Translations under genes and position numbers: made by a program | Origin: Sinorhizobium meliloti | GTDB lineage: Bacteria > Pseudomonadota > Alphaproteobacteria > Rhizobiales > Rhizobiaceae | DNA length: 32,000 nt | Assembly (NCBI RefSeq): GCF_017876815.1 | Contig: NZ_JAGIOS010000001.1 | Span: forward strand, 90,001-122,000 | Direction of reading: 5' to 3' | The notes under the pieces: generated by a model | What the model was told of the DNA's origin: nothing | Database searches by the model: none | Seen by the model: the letters and a program-made list of their open reading frames with translations, nothing else | Shown: piece by piece, positions 1-8,912 of the stretch | Numbering within the stretch: the stretch's first letter is position 1 | Layout of the letters: the number at the start of each line of letters is the position of its first letter

Positions 1-148
1 TCTCGGCAAGCATCGGCAGCTGGAAGAACCCCATCGCGGAGCGCGGACCGAAAGTCAACATGGCGATGATGGAGCCGGCGACGATGATGAGCCACGGCAG
101 GCCGCTGCGCTCGACCGGGCGGCTGACTGCAGAAGAAACAGCGGACAT
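1..148 (-). CDS. MFS transporter, N-terminal fragment (gene continues past the left edge)
   Basis: Not in the ORF track because it is open at the window edge. The reverse complement from ATG (148..146) reads MSAVSSAVSRPVERSGLPWLIIVAGSIIAMLTFGPRSAMGFFQLPMLAE. It has a hydrophobic TM1 followed by a GPRS.MGFF-type stretch typical of MFS N termini (oxalate/formate-antiporter-like). AGGAG lies 8 nt upstream. Confidence 0.6.
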   Translation of the reverse strand, partial: MSAVSSAVSRPVERSGLPWLIIVAGSIIAMLTFGPRSAMGFFQLPMLAE

Positions 149-275
149 GGGCAAGCTCCTGATGATGAGGGGCCATCCTATGGCGGCGCCCGCCTTGGGG
201 GAAGCCAATTAAATTGACGATGCGATCACAGGAATTGATGCGCCGGCCGCAAGCGCAGGTTCCTGCGGATGCGTC

Positions 276-1127
276 TCAGCCGGCGGAACGCACCTTCATC
301 GGCCAACGCTCATCGCGACGGCGCACGACCTCGACCGCGTCGCCTAGCCTCAGGATACCCTCGCCTCTAGGCACGGCGTTCCAGCCGAAGAGCACGCCGG
401 GAACGCGCCGGTCGGCAGACATGCGCTTTTCCGAAAGACCCTGGATCGGGTTGCCGCCGATGCGCTCGCCGGTCGTCTGATCCTGCGTGGTCATGATGCA
501 ACGGGCACAGGGCTTGACGAGATCGAAGGCGATGCCGGCGATCACGATGCTCTCCCAAAGATCTTCAGCCCAAGGCTCATCGCAATCGATAAGGATATTG
601 GTGCGGAAGCGCTCCATGCCGACCGGTTCCTGCCCCTTCTCGGCCAGCGTGCAGTTGAGATCGGCGAGCGAGCCCGTCGTCGTGACGAGAATCGGAAAGC
701 CGTCGGCGAATGCGACGGGGGCTGCCGCTCCTGCCCATTCCGCGCCGACGAAGCGCTCGGCCTCAGCGTCCATGTGGACGAGCTTGACCGGGCGGCCGAA
801 CCAGCCGGACAGCACGTCGTTTGCAGCACCTCCGGCGACCGCCGCATTGACGTCGCTCGACCAGACCCGGACATCGAGGCGGTCATCCGGGTCGAAGCGA
901 ACGGAGAGCTCCTCGCCGTTCATCCTGAGGTGCACGCCGCCATCGACATGTTCCGCCTCGACCCGCGCCAGCGCCTGCAAATCGCGTTGAGTGATGAAGT
1001 GCCCATCGGGTGCAACCAGCATGAAGCGCCGGTCGCCGGCCAGCCCGTCGAGATTGACCGTCACGGCCGTCTGCGGCACCGCGCGGCCGCTCTTCAGGGG
1101 ATGGATGTTGAGGCCGGTCACGTGCAT
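276..1127 (-). CDS. MOSC domain protein (YcbX/mARC-like, N-terminal beta-barrel + MOSC)
   Basis: Track ORF of 283 aa. The conserved MOSC cysteine context is present (FDLVKPCARCIMTTQDQ), and the N-terminal part (MHVTGLNIHPLKSGRAV) is typical of MOSC_N. Confidence 0.85.
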   Translation of the reverse strand: MHVTGLNIHPLKSGRAVPQTAVTVNLDGLAGDRRFMLVAPDGHFITQRDLQALARVEAEHVDGGVHLRMNGEELSVRFDPDDRLDVRVWSSDVNAAVAGGAANDVLSGWFGRPVKLVHMDAEAERFVGAEWAGAAAPVAFADGFPILVTTTGSLADLNCTLAEKGQEPVGMERFRTNILIDCDEPWAEDLWESIVIAGIAFDLVKPCARCIMTTQDQTTGERIGGNPIQGLSEKRMSADRRVPGVLFGWNAVPRGEGILRLGDAVEVVRRRDERWPMKVRSAG

Positions 1128-1205
1128 GGCGATCTTCCGAGTTCAGAAAATGATTCCGGCCGCTCCCAATCTGATTCACCAGTCGGCGCCAACCGATTGA
1201 AGCTT

Positions 1206-1862
1206 TTAGATTTCGTCCAGCAGCATGGCAAGCACGCTGCGGAGCCGCGCCTGCCGTTCAAGGGCGAGCCGCCGCCCCGCGGCAGTCTGAAAACCGTCGG
1301 CGAGGCGAAAAAGCTTCGTCTCGAAATGGTCGATTGCGAAAGCCTTGTCGTCGAGCGCCCGGCTTTCTGCCAGCGGGTCGAGCGGATCGTAGAGGGCGCT
1401 GCTCATGCGCCCGGCGATGTAGAAGCAACGCGCGGCGCCGACCATGCCGATCGCATCGAGGCGATCCGCGTCCTGGAGAATTCTGGCCTCCAGCGTTTCC
1501 GGCGCGAGATTGGCCGAAAAGCTGTGGGTCAGAATGGCGTGCGCGACGGATGAAATATCGGCCGCGCTCCAGCCGAGGCCATTGAGGATCGCCGACGCCT
1601 TTTCGGCCGCCAGCCGCGACGCTTCCGCCCGCAACGGCGAATTCTTTTCGACGGAAACGCAGTCATGCAGCAGCACGGCAGCGGCGAGCCGGCGCGTGTC
1701 GCCGCCCTCCTCCGCCTGGATGCGAAGAGCGTTCTTCCAGACGCGGATGAGGTGTGACGCATCGTGCGAGCCGTCATCGGCGGCAAAGGCATGCGGAAGG
1801 AGTTCGCCGGCGAGTTCGGCGTGAGGAGCGAATGGGGCTGCCAGCCCGGAAAACCGGGTCAT
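1206..1862 (-). CDS. HD-superfamily metal-dependent phosphohydrolase
   Basis: Track ORF of 218 aa. It carries an HD motif (AAVLLHDCVS) and a distal DADRLDAIG motif. Its ATG (1862..1860) overlaps the TGA of the upstream gene (1861..1859), an ATGA junction. Confidence 0.8.
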   Translation of the reverse strand: MTRFSGLAAPFAPHAELAGELLPHAFAADDGSHDASHLIRVWKNALRIQAEEGGDTRRLAAAVLLHDCVSVEKNSPLRAEASRLAAEKASAILNGLGWSAADISSVAHAILTHSFSANLAPETLEARILQDADRLDAIGMVGAARCFYIAGRMSSALYDPLDPLAESRALDDKAFAIDHFETKLFRLADGFQTAAGRRLALERQARLRSVLAMLLDEI

Positions 1863-4666
1863 GCGCGGCGGGCCCCTTCACCCGCGTTGCCGGCGCTGCC
1901 CGACAATATCTTCTGGTAGAAGCGCCCGATGCCTATCAGCACGGCCCCAAGGCCGATGAAGGACAGCGCCCGCAGGAAGCCTTCGAGATTGGACATGTCG
2001 ACCAGGAAGACCTTGAGCACCGCGACGAAGACGAGAACGGCTGAAGCAATCCGGATGCTCTTTGCGTCGAGACGCGAGCCGGCCACGAGCAGCAGCACGC
2101 CGAGTACGAGCCACACGACCGAATAGGTGTAGGTTTCACCTTGCAGGAACCCCTTCCAGTCGGCGACGTTCTGGCCCTGCCAGAAGCGGCGAACGCTTAA
2201 GGTTGCCCAGGCGAAAGCAAGGATGGCGCCGCTGACGGCGAGCGCCACGACATAGGGCAGCGGACGTCTGCCGCGCGCATACCAGGCAAGCCCGAAATAG
2301 CCGATGGCGGGCAGCAGATAGCCGATGAGGAGCAGATCGAAGAAGGGTAGGCTTCCAAGCAGTTCTCCGCTGAAATAGGGATTGAGGCCGACAAGGTGCG
2401 CCCCAAGCACGGAGAGCATGGACAAAACGCCGAGCGCCATGCCTCCATAACGGAACACCGGGCTCGGCGATCTTCCGTCGAGCGTCATGAATATTCCCGA
2501 CGCGCCGATGGCGAGAAGCGTGTAGATCGCCTGTTCGCCAAGTGTCGGGACGGAGCTGTCGAGCACGCCGCGGTTCATTGCATGACGTACGAGGATTGCA
2601 AGCGTCAACAGGACGAAGAGGCTTGCGAGCGCCTGCAGCAGGTTGCGCACACGCAGGTCCGGCCAGGCCTGTAGAAGATAGGCCGAGGCGACGAGCAACA
2701 GTGCCGGGATGCCGTAACCCGGAAGCAGCGCGTTGAACACCGGCGTCGTTCCGAGATTGCCCGGCCCGACGATCGTCGGCTCCCAGGCAATTCGGGCGAG
2801 AATGACGACCGCGCCTGCGACCGTCCCCCAGGGGAGAACCGGCCATGAACGCAGGCGTGTCGCAAAGCTGTATCCGGCCCCGAGCAGCGCGATCGCCAGG
2901 GTGGTCACCAGACCGTCGGTCCAGGCGTGAAGTCCGATGACGAAGAGGCCGAAGGAGCCGAGTGCCGGCAGCCCCCCATCGACATCGGCATCCCCTGCCC
3001 CGGCGCTCCGGCGATAGAGCCATTCCACAAGGCCGAGAAGGAAGATGCCGCCGGCAAAGGCGGCAAGTCCATGCGGCAGGTCGAAGGCGAAACTGCCTGT
3101 CATCACGAACGACATGGCCAGAAGCGCATTCGGCACCACGGCGGCGATGCCGGCCCAAAGGGCCGCGAATTGCCGATCCCCCGCCGGCCGCCGGGCAAGC
3201 ACAAAGCCCCCGAGGAGGATGAAGAGCGCCGACAGGGTCATCGCGGTCAGCATGGCAGTGCGGCCGGGGACGACGATCTCGGGCGGCGAACCGGCGAATG
3301 AGGGATCGAGATAGGCAAGAACACCACTGAGAGCGGTCAGGCTCCAGGTGCCGGCGACGGCGCCGAAGGCGGCAAGCAGTGCCGCATAGATCGCCGCCGG
3401 CCGCAGGGAGCCTGCCGCCGCCAGCGCAACGACGATCACCACGAAGTCGCTCACCGGGAAACGCGCGGCATCGACCGCCGGGCTGATAAACAAAAGGGCG
3501 AGAACGGTCGCGACGATCGCCGCCGATATGCTTATGGCAAGATAAGGCGGCGTGAAGAGCCTCTCCCACGCGCCCGGCTCACTGGCAGCACCGATTTGCG
3601 TTGTCCCGCTCGGCTCCGCGGTCCGCTCCGCCCGGCCGGGCCAGATCAGCGCGACACCCGCGATCATAACGAGGAGCGCGAAGGTGACCGGAGGCGCTTC
3701 GAAAGGCGTCGCGAGCGCTACATAGGCAAGTCCCCAGAGCCCCAGGCCCGCATTGGCAAGCGTCGGCACCACGCTCCATCGACGCAGGCGCGACGCGGCG
3801 AGCGTGGCGAGCCAGGCGACGGCGAGGAAGCCGAACAGCACCCAGGGACGCGGCTCTCCGCTCGAGACGAAGAGCGGTGTCAGGAGCGACGCCAGAAGGC
3901 CGAGACCGGCGAGCGCCTGCCCGTGCAGCAGCGAGAGCCCGACGGTGGCAAGCGAAACCAGCGCCAGCAGGACGAAGGCCGCGCCGGTGCCGATGAAATC
4001 GTAAATACCATAGGCCGCATAGACGACGCCAAACAGCGTGACGGCACCGGCGGCGGTCAGCACACCGGGAATCATCGCATTGCGGAACCGGTCGGCGATG
4101 GCAGGCACGTCGCGCCGCCGGATCACCTCTCCGGCCACCCCAAGCGCAAGCCCGAAAATGGCGGCAAGCGTCAGGCGGACCGCCGGGCTCAAGAGCCCGG
4201 CCTCGATCGAATACTGCACGAGAAAATAGCCGCCCAGCGCCAGTGCCAGCCCGCCGACCCAGACCGGCCATCGGCCGCCGATCCGGCTCTCGAGGCTTTC
4301 GGCCCGCGCTGCCGCTGCGGAGGGCGCTACCGGGCCGTCGATTGCCCCGTCCCCACTTTCGCGGCCGGCGGCGGATTCGTCATGGGAGGTCCCCGCGCCT
4401 TCCCGCGCCCGGGACCATGGGCCGTCGGCTGTCGCCTCCGTCCCGGCAACGGATGGAACGCCAGCCTCCGACGGCCGGCCGGTCGCCAGGTCCGGCCCCG
4501 GCTCTCCCATACCCTCTTTCGCGAGCCGCGCGATCTCCGCCTTAAGGCTCTCGATTTCGCGGTCAAGGCGCTCGGCCGACCTGCGGCCGCCGAGGAAAGC
4601 GGCGAGCGCCATCACGAAGGCTAGAAGAGCTATGGCCTCGAGCATCAGGTCCCCCGGCATCATCAT
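1859..4666 (-). CDS. DUF2339-type giant polytopic membrane protein
   Basis: Track ORF 1859..4792 (977 aa). It has an N-terminal TM helix (LEAIALLAFVMALAAFLGG), a coiled-coil stretch (RLDREIESLKAEIARLAKEG), a ~120-aa G/A/S/P/E-rich linker, then about 25 hydrophobic helices by eye. I recognise this architecture as DUF2339. The first 42-49 codons of the track ORF lack a Shine-Dalgarno (SD) sequence and reach to 5 nt from the core phoX Pho box. The start is therefore more likely ATG 4666 (MMMPGD) or ATG 4645 (MLEAI, with GGGGGA upstream). Confidence 0.75.
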   Translation of the reverse strand: MMMPGDLMLEAIALLAFVMALAAFLGGRRSAERLDREIESLKAEIARLAKEGMGEPGPDLATGRPSEAGVPSVAGTEATADGPWSRAREGAGTSHDESAAGRESGDGAIDGPVAPSAAAARAESLESRIGGRWPVWVGGLALALGGYFLVQYSIEAGLLSPAVRLTLAAIFGLALGVAGEVIRRRDVPAIADRFRNAMIPGVLTAAGAVTLFGVVYAAYGIYDFIGTGAAFVLLALVSLATVGLSLLHGQALAGLGLLASLLTPLFVSSGEPRPWVLFGFLAVAWLATLAASRLRRWSVVPTLANAGLGLWGLAYVALATPFEAPPVTFALLVMIAGVALIWPGRAERTAEPSGTTQIGAASEPGAWERLFTPPYLAISISAAIVATVLALLFISPAVDAARFPVSDFVVIVVALAAAGSLRPAAIYAALLAAFGAVAGTWSLTALSGVLAYLDPSFAGSPPEIVVPGRTAMLTAMTLSALFILLGGFVLARRPAGDRQFAALWAGIAAVVPNALLAMSFVMTGSFAFDLPHGLAAFAGGIFLLGLVEWLYRRSAGAGDADVDGGLPALGSFGLFVIGLHAWTDGLVTTLAIALLGAGYSFATRLRSWPVLPWGTVAGAVVILARIAWEPTIVGPGNLGTTPVFNALLPGYGIPALLLVASAYLLQAWPDLRVRNLLQALASLFVLLTLAILVRHAMNRGVLDSSVPTLGEQAIYTLLAIGASGIFMTLDGRSPSPVFRYGGMALGVLSMLSVLGAHLVGLNPYFSGELLGSLPFFDLLLIGYLLPAIGYFGLAWYARGRRPLPYVVALAVSGAILAFAWATLSVRRFWQGQNVADWKGFLQGETYTYSVVWLVLGVLLLVAGSRLDAKSIRIASAVLVFVAVLKVFLVDMSNLEGFLRALSFIGLGAVLIGIGRFYQKILSGSAGNAGEGARRA

Positions 4667-4785
4667 GGTCAGATCGATTCGGACAACGTTAGCGCGAAAC
4701 GGCCGCTGAAAATATCCTGCGCCTGACATCTGCGGGCTTACGGAGCCGTGGGAGCGTTCCGGCATCGCGACCCGTTGCAGCAATC

Positions 4786-4814
4786 TCTTCATCCAATTGT
4801 CGCAGAGCTGTCAT
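4786..4814 (+). promoter_or_regulatory. Pho box (PhoB binding site) of phoX
   Basis: TTGTCGC(4797-4803)-AGAG-CTGTCAT(4808-4814) matches the two 7-bp direct repeats at 11-bp periodicity of the CTGTCAT-N4-CTGTCAT consensus. A weaker third half-site, TCTTCAT (4786-4792), sits one further 11-bp step upstream. The site is oriented toward phoX, about 75 nt upstream of the preferred start. Confidence 0.6.
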
Positions 4815-4890
4815 GAACTCGCTGGTAAAGCGGGACCGGGACGCCCGAAGATCAACGGGCGCATCGATCGTCTCAATGGGGAGAATTTCC

Positions 4891-6894
4891 ATGGACAAAT
4901 ATCTCGGACCTACGGATGAAACCGAATTCAAGACGCTGACCGAGCGCAGAGAGGAACTGGAAGACGCCGGCCGGAACTGTTCCGCCAATCCCACCATGGG
5001 CGACATCATCAACCGCCGTTTCTCGCGCCGGTCGTTCATCGGCGGCTCTCTGGCCGTTGCTGCCATCTCCACGACGGTCAGCCCGCTTGCCCTGCTGACG
5101 GCGGACGAGGCCCGGGCTGAGGGTGAAGCGTCGCCCTTCGACTTCAAGGAGATCGAAGCCGGCGTAGACGAGACCCACCATGTTGCCGAGGGCTACGACG
5201 CCGACATCCTGCTGCGCTGGGGCGACAAGGTCTTCGCCGACAGTCCGGAATTCGATCCGCTCAAGCAGACCGCCGACGCCCAGAGCCGGCAGTTCGGCTA
5301 CAACAACGACTATGTCGGCTTCATTCCGCTCGAGGGCAATCCGGACCACGGCCTGCTGGTCGTCAACCACGAATATACCAATGCCGAGATCATGTTCCCG
5401 AACTTCGCCCGTGTCGAAAAGGTGACGGAGGACGGCAAGGAAGAGGACAAGGTCGTACTCGGCGAATACACCAAGGAACTGGTCGATATCGAAATGGCTG
5501 CCCATGGCGGCACGGTCATCGAAATCCGCAAGGTCGACGGGAAGTGGCAGCCTGTCCTCGACGGCAAGTACAACCGCCGCATCACGGCCACTACCGAAAT
5601 GCAGCTTTCCGGCCCGGCGGCCGGTCACGAGCGGGTCAAGACACCGTCCGATCCGACCGGCAGGAAGGTCTTCGGCACCATCAACAATTGTGCCGGCGGC
5701 GTCACCGCCTGGGGCACCTACATGATGGCCGAGGAAAACTTCAACGGCTATTTCGGCGGCGAGCTTGCCGAGGATCATCCGGAATTCAAGCAGATGAAAC
5801 GCCTCGGCACGCCGGGCGGGCAGTATGAATGGTCGAAATTCTACGACCGCTTCGACGTTTCCAAGGAGCCGAACGAAGCCAACCGCTTCGGCTGGGTGGT
5901 CGAGGTCGATCCGCTGAACCCCACCTCCGTTCCGAAGAAGCGCACCGCGATCGGACGCTTCAAGCACGAGGGCTGCGAGTCGATCGTCAACAGGGACGGC
6001 CGGGTCGTCCTCTATAGCGGCGACGACGAGCGTTACGACTATGTCTACAAGTTCGTGACGAAAGGCACCTACAACCCTGACGACCGCGCCGCGAATATGG
6101 ATCTCTTCGATGAAGGCACGCTCTACGTGGCCAAGTTCGACGAGGACGGCACGGTCACCTGGATGCCTCTCGTCCATGGCGAAGGTCCGCTGACGGCCGA
6201 GAACGGCTTCGCCTCCCAGGCCGACGTGCTGATCGACACCCGTCTTGCCGCCGATGCGCTCGGCGCGACCAAGATGGACCGGCCGGAAGACGTCCAGCCC
6301 AACCCGAAGACCGGCAAGGTCTATGTCATGCTGACCAACAACACGAAGCGCAAGGAGGACGAGATCGACGCCGCCAATCCGCGTGCCAAGAATGCCTTCG
6401 GCCACATCGTCGAGATTTCGGAAACGGACGGCGACTTCGCCTCGACGAAATCCCGCTGGGACGTACTGCTGAAGTGCGGCGATCCGAGCGTCGCCGAGGT
6501 CGGTGCCTCCTTCTCCACCGCGACGACCAGGAACGGCTGGTTCGGCATGCCGGACAATTGCGCCATCGATGCCGAAGGCCGTCTCTGGGTCTCGACCGAC
6601 GGCAACAACGAAAAGGACACGGGACGCACCGACGGGGTCTGGGCCGTCGAGACCGAAGGCGAAGGCCGCGGCACCTCGAAGCTGTTCTTCCGCGTGCCGG
6701 TCGGCGCCGAAATGTGCGGCCCGAGCTTCAACCCGACGAGCGACACCTTCTTCCTCGCGGTTCAGCATCCGGGCGATGCCGGTCTCGCAACCTACGAAAA
6801 GCCGGCGACGCGCTGGCCGGATTTCCGCGACGACATGCCGGTGCGCCCGGCCGTCGTCGCCGTGACCAGGCAGGGTGGCGGCAAGATCGGCTGA
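4891..6894 (+). CDS. phoX: Alkaline phosphatase PhoX (DUF839 beta-propeller phosphatase), Tat-exported
   Basis: Track ORF 4813..6894. It has a twin-arginine motif (NRRFSRRSFIGGSLAVAA) and PhoX-family blocks (LLVVNHEYTNAEIMFP, NNCAGGVTAWGTYMMAEEN, FKHEGCE). ATG 4813 lies inside the Pho box, so it is not the start. ATG 4891 has GGGGAGA 6 nt upstream. Alternative starts are 4876 and 4996. Confidence 0.9.
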   Translation: MDKYLGPTDETEFKTLTERREELEDAGRNCSANPTMGDIINRRFSRRSFIGGSLAVAAISTTVSPLALLTADEARAEGEASPFDFKEIEAGVDETHHVAEGYDADILLRWGDKVFADSPEFDPLKQTADAQSRQFGYNNDYVGFIPLEGNPDHGLLVVNHEYTNAEIMFPNFARVEKVTEDGKEEDKVVLGEYTKELVDIEMAAHGGTVIEIRKVDGKWQPVLDGKYNRRITATTEMQLSGPAAGHERVKTPSDPTGRKVFGTINNCAGGVTAWGTYMMAEENFNGYFGGELAEDHPEFKQMKRLGTPGGQYEWSKFYDRFDVSKEPNEANRFGWVVEVDPLNPTSVPKKRTAIGRFKHEGCESIVNRDGRVVLYSGDDERYDYVYKFVTKGTYNPDDRAANMDLFDEGTLYVAKFDEDGTVTWMPLVHGEGPLTAENGFASQADVLIDTRLAADALGATKMDRPEDVQPNPKTGKVYVMLTNNTKRKEDEIDAANPRAKNAFGHIVEISETDGDFASTKSRWDVLLKCGDPSVAEVGASFSTATTRNGWFGMPDNCAIDAEGRLWVSTDGNNEKDTGRTDGVWAVETEGEGRGTSKLFFRVPVGAEMCGPSFNPTSDTFFLAVQHPGDAGLATYEKPATRWPDFRDDMPVRPAVVAVTRQGGGKIG

Positions 6895-6910
6895 ACCAAG
6901 CCTCAGAGTT

Positions 6911-6939
6911 CGGAGCGCGGCGCTGGCGCACGCGCTCCG
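6911..6939 (+). terminator. GC-rich hairpin 3' of phoX (terminator candidate, no U-tract)
   Basis: CGGAGCGCG (6911-6919) pairs with CGCGCTCCG (6931-6939): a 9-bp perfect stem with an 11-nt loop, 17 nt after the phoX stop. Confidence 0.4.
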
Positions 6940-6990
6940 GCAAGCCTCGTTGGTCGCGGTGTAGCGGTGCCCTTTCCTCTGCTCGGTCGT

Positions 6991-7110
6991 CCCTGTGCTC
7001 GTCACAGGGATCCAGCCAGACCAGGTCATTGAGCTGAAAAGATTTCCCCGCGCCGCAGACGCGGCGCTGCTCTCATCTCTGTGCCAAGCACAGAGATGAG
7101 GAAGGGGAGA
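6991..7110 (+). repeat. Intergenic triple-hairpin mosaic repeat, copy 1 (RIME/Sm-repeat-like)
   Basis: Roughly 85-90% identical by eye to 29491..29612 in the same orientation. The first 33 nt and a 25-nt block are identical. Three stem-loops: CCCTGTG-ctcgt-CACAGGG (6991-7009), GCGCCGC-agac-GCGGCGC (7050-7067), CATCTCTGTG-ccaag-CACAGAGATG (7074-7098). Confidence 0.85.
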
Positions 7111-7199
7111 AGACAGGTCGCATACCCGCAAGCGGAATCGATCGCAACGCCCACGCCTCCCCATCTTCCTGCGCCCCGTCACAGGGATTGAAACAACCG

Positions 7200-7943
7200 T
7201 TAAGCCGCCGACGATGCGGACTTCAGCGCCTTCAGCGTCGCATGGACGAACCCGTCACGGGCCGACGCGGCATCGACGCCCCGTGGCTCGTAAACATGGC
7301 GGTTGAGGAAATAGGCGGTGAGACGGAAGGCAGCGGCGAGGCTTTCGTGATCGGCAGCTCTGCTTCCTCCGGAAAGGAAATCCGGAAGGGCGAGCATGCG
7401 ATCGGCGTAAGGGGCACCCGCTTCGCGGCAGATCGCGCGGCCCGATTTCGGCGATACGTAGACAAGTTCGCTGCGCGCACCCGTCGCCCCACATCGGGAA
7501 AGATCCAGGCCGAAGCCGAGATCGTTCAGCACCGCGAGTTCGAAGCGCACGAACAATTCGCCGGCGTCTGCCGGGTCCTGGAGGTGATCGACGATGACGG
7601 CGAGCGCCTCGTAGAGATGGGGATGCGGGTCGCGCTCCGGCAGGAGCCGCAAGAGTGCGCCAAGCGCCTGAATGCCGTAGACGGAAGTCGCCGTCTCGAT
7701 CAGGCTCGCGGCGCGCAATTGCAGCGGCTCGACGCGGAATTCGCCGAGATGCTCGTCGAGCCTCGCCCGCCAGCTCACCTCCACGGAATTGCCCGGCTGC
7801 AGCACCGGCTGCATCGTACGCGAGCGGCCCGAGCGCACGAGCCCGAGATGCCGCCCGTGCCCGGGCGTCATCACCTCCGCGATGACAGAGCTTTCGCCAT
7901 GCCGCCGGATGCCGAGAATTATGGCTTCATCGCTCCATTGCAT
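7200..7943 (-). CDS. recO: DNA repair protein RecO
   Basis: Track ORF 7200..8255. The recognisable RecO sequence starts at the internal ATG 7943 ([39 protein letters not shown]), giving 247 aa. The upstream extension overlaps the divergent promoter region. Confidence 0.9.
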
Positions 7944-8166
7944 GAAAGAGGCATACACCCGCCGCGGAAACCGGAGCAAGCGAAGAAACGCCCCCTGTTT
8001 CGAGCCTCGTCCGGTGCGGCGGAAGCAAACTGTAGCCTTTCCGCTACACTTGCTGTGCGCCTCAATTCTATTGTCGCTTTTGCCGGATTGCGACGTCTTC
8101 CAATGCGGGTTCCGAGGTCTTAGACGTGCCTCCTCAAGAATGACAGTCAGCAGGAACAATTCGACT

Positions 8167-8907
8167 ATGTGTGTGTCCGGGAATCGCGCCAGCCGCCTGA
8201 TGCAGCTTTGCGCAGTTTTGGCCCTCTCCGCCGCGCTGGCGGGTTGCGTTAGCAACAGCCAGCAGGTCCGACCGAAAGGGCCGGATCCTTATTTCGTGGC
8301 AATGTATGGGGCGAAGTCCGAGGAGAAGTTTCCGCTTCCCGCCACCGACATCAGCAAGGTCGAACCGCGTTTTCTGCGGCAACAGGTTCCTTACGTCACG
8401 CATGAGCCGCCGGGTACGGTCGTGATCGACACGGAAAATCGCTTTCTCTATCTCGTGCAGGGCGGAGGCATGGCGCTTCGTTACGGCATCGGTGTCGGCA
8501 AGGCCGGGCTGGAGTTCGAGGGCGAGGCGCGCGTCGGCCGCAAGGCGGAATGGCCGCGGTGGACGCCGACATCCGACATGGTCGCGCGCGAACCGGAGCG
8601 CTACGGACCGCTCGCGGGAGGCATGGACCCCGGCCTGCGCAATCCGCTCGGACCGCGCGCGCTCTATCTCTACCAGGGAAACCGGGACACACTGTTCCGC
8701 ATCCACGGCACCACGGAGGCCTGGTCGATCGGCAAGGCGGTGTCGAGCGGCTGCATCCGCCTTTTCAACCCCGATATCATCGACCTTTACAGCCGCGTTC
8801 CGGAAGGCTCGCGCGTCGTCGTGCTCCAGGCGGAACCGCCGATGAGCCAGCCGATGGATGCACCGATGTCGACCGCTGCCGACGGCAGCGGTTCGCTTTC
8901 GTTCTAA
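8167..8907 (+). CDS. L,D-transpeptidase (YkuD domain) lipoprotein
   Basis: Track ORF 7789..8907. The YkuD catalytic motif is present ([23 protein letters not shown]). A lipobox signal ([17 protein letters not shown]) places the start at ATG 8167, or alternatively 8140 or 8200. Confidence 0.85.
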
Positions 8908-8912
8908 CACGT

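Noticed and set aside
2136-4624. Alternative-frame ORFs inside the DUF2339 gene (2136..3569 minus, 477 aa; 3596..4624 plus, 342 aa; 3579..4271 minus)
   Set aside because: Their Arg/Pro/Gly-rich translations are typical of off-frame reading of GC-rich membrane-protein genes. The 977-aa frame gives coherent TM helices.
4873-7182. 769-aa minus-strand ORF covering all of phoX and running on through the intergenic repeat
   Set aside because: It is an exact antisense shadow of a gene with clear PhoX family signatures. Its translation is R/G/A/V-rich and low-complexity with no recognisable motifs, and it continues through obviously non-coding repeat DNA. This is typical of GC3-rich genomes.
7789-8255. 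Mutually overlapping 5' extensions of the recO (to 8255) and L,D-transpeptidase (from 7789) track ORFs
   Set aside because: The family-like sequence starts at internal ATGs (7943 for recO; 8140-8200 for the lipoprotein signal). The extensions overlap each other in the divergent promoter region.
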